DNA of 64,000 bases from Amphiscolops sp. MND2022 (Eukaryota). Positions 41,801 to 51,943 of the stretch are shown in pieces. The notes under the pieces were generated by a model. The model ran no database searches. It was not told the DNA's origin and saw only the letters and a program-made list of their open reading frames with translations. The translations under genes were made by a program, and so were the position numbers. The stretch is from the NCBI GenBank assembly GCA_964187785.1, contig OZ076409.1, positions 10,728,001 to 10,792,000 of the forward strand. Reading direction: 5' to 3'. Within the stretch, counting starts at the first letter, position 1. Each line of letters begins with the position of its first letter.

Positions 41801-43912
41801 CTTTGTACAATTGCTGAAAAACAAGTTCAAGGTTAGTAATCAATTCTTCGGGTGAGTGTGCTGCGATTCCAATATCATCAACATATTGGGCACACCGGTC
41901 CGCTTTGACCAAGGGGTCCAAATACTCACGGATTACGCTTGTGAATGCTGACAAAGAACGATTAAGACCTTGTGCTAGACGTAAAAATGCAAAAGTTCTA
42001 GACCCAAAATTAAAAGATAACAGTTGGACAGATTGCTCATCCGCCATTGGAATACAATGGTAGGCCTGGGAACAATCAAGTTTGCAGAAGTACTTTTTCC
42101 CGGCCATGTGTTGGGCAGCGTCAGCAATTGTTGTTACGGGATGGTTGTGCTCACCGTAATCGTTTTTGATCAGGTGGTTTATTCTTCTCAAGTCAACTAA
42201 AATCCTCAATTTACCATTAGGTTTACGTTGAGCAAATATCGGGGAAGAGTATTTGCTGTGAGGTAAAGTAGTTATAATCCCGTACTCTTGCATTAGAGCT
42301 AATTCCACGAGCAAATCGTCCTTCAAATTTATCGGAGTCGGGAGACTTTGTGAATAAACCGGTTCTTCATGTTGAGGTGTTAACTTAACTTTAAAATCAG
42401 TGTTCATGCCAATATCAAAACGATGTCTAGCAAAAATGGAGTTGTACTTTACCAGCAACTCCTCTACCTGTAACCGTTGAGACGGAGTAAGAAGCGAGTC
42501 GTCCCAGTTGAAGTTCTTCAGGAAGTTCATCCGTTGTTCATCGGATTGGGACGGGTCAAGCTTCTCGAGCTCTCGCAGTGCCAGAATCTCATCATAAATT
42601 CGTCGCTCAATTGCGTTGAGTTTGTCTGGCTCACTGCACGTCTCGGGAGTTGGGTACCACTTGGTTGACTTCATTTCAGGGTTCACGAACAGTTGGTTGA
42701 TCACTGCGTCGGCCTCATCTGGGTACTTGGTGATCAAGTTCAAGTGTTCCACTGGCATGGGCGTGATGTTTGCCGCCTGGTGTGGTGTCGGGATGCGAAA
42801 GTGTGCCAGAGTGGTGTTGGCTTCAAGTGTGTACGTGTGGTTGTTTGGGTTGGTGACCTGGATTGTCGTCTTGCCCTCGTCTAGGTCAACCAAAGCTGGG
42901 GAAACAAGCAAACACGTCTTTCGCATGAATCCAGGTGAGCCCTCAACTGTACCAGTTGTAAGTGAGATGTCCGCGTCACTGTGGACCTGTATCATCACTT
43001 GGTGGAGAGGGGGATCACTGTTCTGGTACTGGAACACAAATCAATTAAACCAGTTTTGAATCTGTTATTCTTTTGCTGTCTAACTTGCATGGACATCATG
43101 TGATTAGGGAAGTGGACAAGGTGGTTTTTGATGTCTAAATTGACTGAGTACTTTTCAAAAAAGGACATTCCAATTAAAATTGTTCCCATTGTTGGAAGGA
43201 TTAGGAACGTTTCTTCAAAGACTTTTCCAGCAACGTAAAATCTAAGTAAGACTTGCTTACGCACTGGGTCTAAGTTCCCGTTTGCTATTTGAATTTTGAA
43301 ATTCGGAGGGGGGAGTTCTTGAAGGATGGCTTCTGGATGAGCCGTTGTTATTTTTCGCAATTCTGCTTCAGACATTGCGCTTTGAATGGCGCCTGTATCT
43401 AAAAGTGCGCTGTTTTCATATTTGTCAAACTGAAGAGGGACGTAAAGCATTTTATCTTTCTTGTTTAAGTGTAAAGTGGGACTGAGAATGTGAATTTCTG
43501 TTTTAGTTGCATGTTTTTTAACTTTTGAAACGTTAATACTACTCTGTTTTGCATGTTTTTTAATACTAAGCCGTTTGTCGATTGTTGAGTGTGAAGTCGA
43601 GTCGTCGTCTAGATGGTGGGTTTCCATCTCTTTGGCATCTTCCACCTGCCTCATGGTGTTTGGTTGCCAGTTCATCGTTTGTTCATCGTTGATTTCAGCG
43701 AGTGGAGAAAAGCGGCTGCCGTTGAGTTGACGTGCATTTCCCATCGCTTTTTCATCGTTGGAAAGTCTTCGCTGATAGACGTCATCAGCTTTTGGTCGTT
43801 TGTCCAGTGAAGGCTGCCATTTCTTCATTGGACGGTTGCAAGTCTGTTGTTGAGTCGTAAGTCGTTTGTCGCGCGTGTCGTTGGTAGCGGACGGAAATCG
43901 TGGCGGAATCAA
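38821..43912 (-). CDS. pol: Pol polyprotein of element 1 (PR, RT, RNase H, integrase) with two single-base frameshifts
   Basis: PR LLDTGA; RT LDCSQAY and YVDD; RNase H CDAS and TDNKAL; IN HHCC plus DIVGP, TDKG and VER. Frame breaks near 43010 and 39800. Confidence 0.95.
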
Positions 43913-45408
43913 AAACCCTGATTTATGTCTTCATCAGAGTAGCTTTCTTGGTCTTCTTCTTCGGCAACTGCTTGCATAGGATTCATCGGCTTTTGCTGTC
44001 GTTTTAAATCTTGTCGTCTAGCCTTGTTGTCGTCTTGTGAGTTCGTTGTGTATGGAATCTTTCCATATGCAGAGCTGCTTTCCTTGGGAATTCGTCGTCT
44101 GCAGTCTCTTGCAGAGTGTCCGGTGTAACCGCAAATCTGGCAGACCAACTTCGGATTGTATTTCGGTTTATCTGGGTCTGCTGCTTTCTTCATCGGGATT
44201 GCATCTTCCTTTTTGATGCCGTTTGCTTCGTCACGTTGGCGGGCGCGACATTCTGTTTTGCGGTGGCCTGTCTTTCCGCAGTAGAAACATTGTCCCTCGA
44301 ATCGTTTTCTTTCCGTGGTTTGCGTTGTCGTCGTTGTTGTGGGCTTCGTCGTTGTTGTTGGGGCTGAGGAGGTGACCGCGTTAAATGGTTGGATTGCCGC
44401 AGGTGGCGCGACGTACTGCTGGTACTGGTACTTGCGCATTAGGTAGGTTTTGATTTCCTCTGGGGAGCTCTCTTCTTTGTTTGCGATAGTGAGCTCTTGT
44501 TGAATCTCGACTGGCAGTTTTCCAAACAAGAACATTTTGATTACTCTGTCGGCCTCATTGCCGAAGGCTTGTTTGGCAGTCTTCTTGAGATTTTTGAGGA
44601 AATCTCCGAATGTTTCTGTTGTGGGATCATAACGTGCTTGGTCCCACTTGTAACGGGCCACTTCCTTGAGATCCTCTTTTGCAAATTCTTTTCTGAAGAG
44701 GTCGAGTACATCCTTTAGTGTTGTCATTGGCGTTATTTGGATGGATTGCCAGTATTCTATTGCGTCATCTCTCAAAAGGCTTTGAAAGAAGTGTAGTTTG
44801 TTCTCCTCGGTGATTTTGTTGGCAAGCGGGCTAAGGTGGTTGAGGAGAAGGTGTTCAAATTCGACGAATTTGTCTTTTTGGCCTCTGAAATTTGGCACGT
44901 GTGTCTGCAGTAGCTTCGTGTTGGTGGTGGTGCTTTTGATCCGTTGGGGGATCGTCTCGATTGCATTGAGTAGTCGTTCCTCATTGCTTCTGGGGGTTGA
45001 TTCTCCTTCTTCGTCTGAGTCGTCTTCTTGGTATCTTCTGAAGTTGGTGAAACTGGTTGTCGGGCGGGTGGAGCGGGTTTCTGTAACTCCTGTCACCATG
45101 TCGGACCCGGGTGTGTGGGCCGGCTTTGAAGGACCTTTCGAACTTGATGGTCGATTTTCACCGTCTGTTTTGCTTATGACTGCCATCATTAAGTCCTTCA
45201 GTTGACTAAACTCACTTTGTAACTCGTTTATTTTCCTCTCGTAACTTTCTCTTATTTCAGACAACTGAGACGAGATATCTGAAGTTTCATTGCTATCGGA
45301 GTCATTGGCAGATGACTGGGCCATGTCTGGGTCAGTTGGAACAGGTGTTTCTAACGAGGAACTAATAATTTTACCACTTCTGAGTTCAGTACCTAGTTCT
45401 GGGTTCAT
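43909..45408 (-). CDS. gag: Gag of element 1 (499 aa, two CCHC knuckles)
   Basis: CFYCGKTGHRKTEC and CQICGYTGHSARDC; capsid-like region (VPNFRG...LRDDAIEYW). Confidence 0.93.
   Translation of the reverse strand: MNPELGTELRSGKIISSSLETPVPTDPDMAQSSANDSDSNETSDISSQLSEIRESYERKINELQSEFSQLKDLMMAVISKTDGENRPSSSKGPSKPAHTPGSDMVTGVTETRSTRPTTSFTNFRRYQEDDSDEEGESTPRSNEERLLNAIETIPQRIKSTTTNTKLLQTHVPNFRGQKDKFVEFEHLLLNHLSPLANKITEENKLHFFQSLLRDDAIEYWQSIQITPMTTLKDVLDLFRKEFAKEDLKEVARYKWDQARYDPTTETFGDFLKNLKKTAKQAFGNEADRVIKMFLFGKLPVEIQQELTIANKEESSPEEIKTYLMRKYQYQQYVAPPAAIQPFNAVTSSAPTTTTKPTTTTTTQTTERKRFEGQCFYCGKTGHRKTECRARQRDEANGIKKEDAIPMKKAADPDKPKYNPKLVCQICGYTGHSARDCRRRIPKESSSAYGKIPYTTNSQDDNKARRQDLKRQQKPMNPMQAVAEEEDQESYSDEDINQGF
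43912..43918 (-). promoter_or_regulatory. Candidate -1 ribosomal frameshift heptamer G_GGU_UUU
   Basis: XXXYYYZ heptamer directly before the gag TGA; the -1 frame (TTG ATT CCG) is the pol frame. Confidence 0.75.
45086..45098 (-). other. Primer binding site of element 1 (tRNA-Leu-like)
   Basis: TGGTGACAGGAGT directly after the 5' LTR; resembles the complement of a tRNA-Leu 3' end (TGGTGTCAGGAGT, from memory). Confidence 0.7.
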
Positions 45409-47337
45409 ATAGACGAGTGAAAAGAGTTATGAGTGAAGGCTGAATTATTTGAGGTGTTATTGCGATGTATTTTGCTGTTTTTCTGATTTTATTATCTCTA
45501 ATTCACTAAACTTGAACAGAGATGTTTTATCGATGATTAGTACAAATAAGCAAGTCGTAAGGAAAAGTAGTAGGAAATTAACAAGGTGAATAGGAAAGTT
45601 CATCCAATGTTCATCGCAACAGTAAGTGCGTCAAAGGAATTACTCAGTTTTCAGTGTTTTAGTTTCTGAAGATGAAAATGCGATGTATTTTTCGAGTAAA
45701 CTTCGACGTGAGATATCTTACTGGATGGTAGCTTGTCACAATTTCGGTCTCAGTAATCGCTAATGGAGGTCCAAATTACAGCAGTTCACGTGTCTTTTCG
45801 GTTGGTAAGACGCTAAATCTCTTACCAACCTTCTCTCATTGGCTGTTGCCAGCTGGTGTTAAAATGGTATGTCACGTGACCGGTGTTGTGAACTGCCGCA
45901 AGATGGCTTAGCACCATGGTAAATCTACATATGCAAATGATAATTAGTCATTAGTTTACAAGATGTCGCAATTGCCTGCACATAACACAATGGTTGCCAT
46001 AGCAACGAAAATGCATCAAAAGTAATCGATATCACACTAATTTCAGGCTAGATCAAGTTACATTATATCACAGGATGGGAGAATGATGATTTTCCAAATA
46101 GAAACAACAGTAAATCGATGCATATAAAACCAAAGGTGAATATGTGATGAATTATGACCTTATTTGTTGATTTTCAAGTCTAGTTTAGCTCTGGGATGAA
46201 TGTGCGATGAAATGTAGTCTTTCTCGCTCGAAAATCAACACTTTTTAAATCAACGATGGTAAAAGGATGAACTCTCCCCGAAAATAGCTAATTCCCAGCA
46301 CTAGTGAAATTGGCGATGAATTCAGGATGAATTCACTCGATAAAACAGGTGAAACAGCTAATTCTGCAGTAAAGACAATTGCACGATGAGTTTAGGATGA
46401 ACTTGTCAGTTAAAACAGCAAATATCAAGGCAATACAAATTGGCGATGAGTTTAGGATGAACTCAGCCCAAAATTCAGCTAATTCTAGCACAAGTTGAAC
46501 TAGCGATGAATTAGCGATGAACTTTTGCAATAAATCTGCCAAATGTAGCGCAAGCTAAATTGACGATGAACTAGTGATGAACTAGTCTAATAAAACAGAT
46601 ATCCAGCACTTCACTCTTTTTTAGGATGAATTAAAGATGTACTTTCTCATTTCTTACTGTTACTAGTCAGGACGATGAAATATGGATGTGTTATGCTCTT
46701 TAAGAAATGAGAAGCACATTGAAAGTTAGTAACTACAATACGGCGATGAGTATGGGATGTTTTTCATGCATTTTAAAGTCCCGTGAGATCCGCTGATGGA
46801 ACATTAAATAAAATCAAATAAATGTCCCAATTTTTGTTCAACCGCAATCTTGGCGATGTGATTGCGATGAACTTCGGCAAAATAGCACTAATTTCACTGG
46901 TACGTCAAGCTGAAAGATCACTAAGTCTGCTGATGGATTAGTGATGAATTTTTCGTGAAATTCGTCACGACTACAAGCTCTGAGGCGGGGAGCTAGTAGA
47001 AGTTATACGTCTCATCATTTAAGCATCCTTCGGTCCAGTCTGACCGGAAAATACTTCTCTCCCTTGTCGTGACGAACCAATATTGAATAAGATAGCACAT
47101 TAAAGGCCATTGGCAAGATCATTTGTGCGGACACCGGAACTAGAGCGCTCAGTATTAAATAAATATATATAGCTCAAACTCAGGGGGGGATAGGGATTAA
47201 GGTACAAATAACGTAGGGTTGCTCACAACCATGGCTCTTATTATATGACATCATATTGCCCATATCTAAGTACATAAGACATAATATTTACATTACAGAT
47301 ATTTAGTAGATTATATTTCCATCATGCTGGCATGACA
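45099..47337 (-). repeat. 5' LTR of element 1
   Basis: 2239 bp, TG...CA, next to the PBS; I saw only about five substitutions versus the 3' LTR. Confidence 0.97.
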
Positions 47338-50300
47338 AACTAAGTTTTCTCAGCGGCCCAGCACGCTATATCCAGTTTTTGACGTTATATTTGACGCAAG
47401 TTGAGTTTCACTGAAGAGGAGGCCGAAGGCATGAATCGAGCAACGAACACTGATTTTGGAAAAGCCTGCTTGGCTGCGGACGTTAGATTTTCTGAAAAGT
47501 TTTTTTTTGTCACTCGTGCTGTCATGTTTCTGAAGAGCACAAGTAAAATGCAAATGTGATCAGGGACTGGCGAAAGACCTTGGGGGTGAGTAGGATGGGT
47601 GACATTAAGTTTGGAGTGGTTTCTTGACTTACAATTGTAGTACGATCAGAAAAAGTGTTCTTTTTCAACGATGGTAGTCACCAGTGTGCTTGTTGTTCTG
47701 CTTTGAGACGCACTGCGTCCAAAGTCTAAACCTCTAAAAGTGACTATAAACGCGCTTCAGCACCCACAATGCACGTAGGGCACTGAGCATGCGTGATTTC
47801 AATGAATAGTTTGCATTTAGGTGACTTTGATAGCGGTTGTAAGGAAAAACGCGATTTTTGTGTTTTTCACTACTACGTCTCGTAGACAGTTTTCCGGCAA
47901 ATCAAGAAATTTAAAATGGTCCAGCCACCGCACAAAGCACTTCAGCGAGCCTTATTAGGTGTGTCTAGTGTGAAAACGATGTCGTTGCTGTACTTTGTTA
48001 GTTTCAGACGGTGTCTATCGAGCAATTTTTGTGCAAATTTTGCAAGAATCAGCTAATTTTTCGTTAGAACGCACGTCTCTTGAACGTGAAAATCACTTCC
48101 AGACCTGCTAAGGACCTGAAAATTTCGCACAGTATACGACGCTGCTGAATCGGGAAAATTACCACCGATTGAGCTGAAATTGACTGTACGTGATTTGCTG
48201 GTGCTTGACAATCTTGTCAGGAAACACTACCATGTTGTAAAATTCACACAAGTTCGTCAAACTCACCTTCCAGGCGTCCTAGCTACGTGAAAGTTTGTGC
48301 GCGAGAGCAAATTATGCCCACATAATAGAAAAGCACAGCGGCGGGATGGCTGGATCAATATCTGGCGATTCGAGGTGACAAAATTATGATGTACCCGAGT
48401 TACCACTTTATCGGTTCAAAATTCACCAAAATGTCAATTTCTCAGCGTTGACTAGCAGCCGGCTGCTCAATTTGTACAAATCCGCTGGATCTGGTATCGT
48501 GTGTACGAAAAAGGAAGAATTTCAGTGCTGAGATACCTCCAAGGTATTGCACTATGATCAACTAAACTTCGATTTTTTTCGACACTTTCACACGATTTTT
48601 GAGCAAACATGCGGCCACGATTTCTCAATCACTTGTAATGCTAGCGCTACGAAAATTACAGCACTAACGTAACTTTTTGCGGTCTACACGATGGTTTCTT
48701 TTATTTGAAGCTGCTACTACTAAGAGAGATTTCGACCTGTCTCGGAACCCACTGGTTAGAATTAATTACGGTTTTCTGCGTTAGCAACGTTATACTCTAT
48801 ACTAACAGAAAATAGGCAAGCGAAACCTGGCAGGTTCTATATAAGTTCTCTCAAAAAACTTTCATATTACACTTTTACTGGTACTTTTTTCATAGTACCC
48901 TCACGGAACAATACTGAAATCACGTATTCTAACTAAGATTTTCTCCTTTCTTTGTTCTCGGACGTTCCGGTTTGTTTCAACAGTAGTGTGAAAAGGTGTT
49001 ACAGTGTTATTCAGGGGACTAGGGTTGATTCATGTATTATTTTTGATGTTATGTCTCACGTTTATGGCGTTCTTTTCCCAGGTCTATGCATATCAAAAGA
49101 AAAGCACTGATAACGTTTCAAATTATATTTGTGAAAACTAGAACAGGGGCGGGAAGCAGGAAAAACTCCAAGTATGACGCAAAAACGAAACAGTGTCCCT
49201 TGTGGTGCGCCATGAAAACTATTCTAGATGTAACGTCCAGCTAGTAGCGCACATCCTAGAAGTGGATAATGCCTAGGATGCTTGAACAGGAGACCAGTGT
49301 CTTACTACACCTAGACATTAGTTTTTAATTCCAAAATGATCGCCTAAGGGGACTTTTCATGCGTCAAAAGAGGGTCCACAGTTAGAGCTCCGAGGCGACG
49401 TGCCGGCACTCTCAAAGTCGGGACACGTCCCACAAGCCTGTAAAAACGAATCCTAAGGTTCCTAACGTTCCTGCGACTTCATACATACCTCCGAGGTCCA
49501 AAAACATGGTTTAGCTGAAATACATTTTATTTGCAGATAAAGATCTAAAAGTGTAAACATAGGGATCTAGTAGATCCACTACCATCACAAATCTGCTAAA
49601 TAACATGAATTAACATTGAAATACAGTGGTAACAACACTTTCTAATCTTTCATGAAGTTTGCAGAGTTTTCGGGGTGAACCATTGAAGGGTTTGGCTTCT
49701 TTTTCGGGTTTTCCAGGACATTTTCTGAAAAAGACGGCACACAACTGTGATTTTCTCTCTTCTCACACTTCTGGGGTCTCTGTCTGTGTCTTCTTCACAG
49801 TCGGGACGGGGGTGGAGAGGGTTTTTTGCATTTTTTCTGCGTCTTGTTCGATTTTCGGTACCTGCTAGGTCCACCATTTTGAATTGTCTTATTTGATATC
49901 GCACAATTTTTGAATTACAACGAAATTTTGTTTCGCTGGTGCCGGACGTTACAATTAGTTCTTCATGCTGACTAAAACCATTCGGTATCTCTTGCAGTTG
50001 CCAATCGAAAGATTGAACTGGTAACAATGCAGTATTCAAGTTTTTGATAACTTGAAAAACTCAGAATAACACATGTTAACTTGAAACCTGCAGTGCAGAT
50101 AAGGCAATAATTACAATCTGTTTGATTGATCATAATTTTCAATAGTTTTTCAATTGGTTAGATTACATTTCAGAACTGTGATAATCATTTTGAGGAATTG
50201 CATCATCTTTTTGATGCGTTCCATATTTTCAACATTTGTGATGCGGTTTTGCTGGCGTTCAGTAAATAGACCAGTTGTCTCCAATGATTGTTTTTCCCGT

Positions 50301-50459
50301 TGCAGATATGTGTCGCAATGAAGTCATTTTTTGTCATTGACATTTTTATAGTTGTTTGTGATCAGATCATTCATTTTAGTCGTGTTAAAAAGCTGAAAAA
50401 TAGCTTAAAAAACAATCGGTTGGCGAAACAATTTTTTTACCTTCACACATCACAAATAT

Positions 50460-51188
50460 TGTAACGATAAGCGCTGGCGCTTGAACCGCAACGTAGAGTG
50501 GAGGAACTAGAACAGCGAATATAATCTGGGACCTAGATCTCCGCGGCCCTAGCTCATTTTCCCTCCGAAGGAGCCAGTCCCAAGGTGGGGGAACCGTCTT
50601 GTAGGACGCTCTCTGGCCTGGTCCTAGTCTGTAACGGCTAAAAGTAACAGGCATCTTGCAAGACTCAAGACCACTGCTCAACTAGCCTTTAAAAATTGGG
50701 CTGAAAATCGATGAAGGTTGAACCGTAATATTGGAGAATCTGATAAAATCGCCAAATTGGATAAACAGATGTTAAACAATAGCTCTCGAGCATATTAATC
50801 TACCACATCGAAAAATACAACAAGAAATCAAGAGTTCAGAGTCATTTGATGAAAATTGACTTCAGGTTCCCAGCGCTAGCGCTAGTTGCCACACAGGATA
50901 CCGCAGGGATACTCAGGCGAACATCTGGAACACTGGTTTCCTTTACTGTAGTAATGGATATCTCCTAGAGATTGACACAATACCGTGTTCTGTATGCGTT
51001 GGGGACTTCTTTTTAGTCGTCTCCGGTGCTTGTTCGTCGCGAGCGGCGATTTCTGCTTTTTTGGGGTGCTTTTTTGGCAGGTACTTCGTCTTGAGCATGT
51101 TTGAGTGCCACGTCAAATTTGAACGAATTTTTGACAAAATTTTCTAAACATGTCGGTTGATATTGCTGTACCAGAGCTTGCCGTTACA
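50460..51188 (-). repeat. Candidate 3' LTR of element 2 (729 bp)
   Basis: Inverted termini TGTAACG...CGTTACA; purine-rich GGGGAGTGA on the minus strand directly upstream (51189-51197). The partner LTR is not in the window. Confidence 0.75.
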
Positions 51189-51943
51189 TCACTCCCCAGG
51201 CTCCTGGCTTGTCGTCCCTGGCAAGCGGCGTCTGGATCGTCTGGGAACTGCATCACAGTGACTGCTGGGAACCATCATCCACACATCGGGGAACAAGGAC
51301 GAGTCCTTGTTTTTCGGCAACAATTTTGGTCGACTTTGCGGTTTTTTACGAAAAAAAAAGAACTTACTGCCTAGCTATTCGTACAAAACATGAACGAGGT
51401 TTTAGCACCAGCTCGAGAGCTACAGTTTTCAGCCGGTTAAAATTCGTTTGGGCAGTCAACTTGTGTAAAAACCTTTTTTCGACCAAAGTCAGCTAAAATT
51501 TCTTTTCCTTACCATTTGAGACTTCTAGTCTTCAGTTCATTTCAGGCGATTAAAAACTTTTTTAGAGCTTGGGGGCTCTTACGGTGAACAACCAAATTGA
51601 TGAAGAACACTAGACTAGAAAGAAACGCAATCAAGAGGGATAAGACTTCTTTTGATTATGACAACTCAAAAACACCGCGAACGGTGCGCAACGAAAAATG
51701 ATAGTTTTTTGAACAATAGTTTTCTTTTCTTTCTGCTTGGTAACTCAAGCCACTGGGGCAGGCGTACTCTATTGGCCGTACACCCAGTGCAACACCAATG
51801 GTACACTAATTATATAACCATAACTAAGAACAAAAATTGCACTTTGTACTGTAGCAGCGTTCTGGATGAGAAGTTTTGAGGCACTGTTTGTTGGCAGTTT
51901 ATGAGGGTATAGGGAGCGCGAACGCTCCCATTAGCGGCTGGGT

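Larger units (their letters stand above)
27995..47337 (-). mobile_element. Full-length Ty3/Gypsy LTR retrotransposon, element 1 (19343 bp)
   Basis: Two 2239-bp TG...CA LTRs; 5-bp TSD AACTA (27990-27994, 47338-47342); PBS; gag; PR-RT-RH-IN domain order. Confidence 0.97.

Noticed and set aside
47480..50459. Unassigned 3 kb between the two LTR elements, including ORF 49650-50039
   Set aside because: I could not identify termini, domains or a consistent exon chain.
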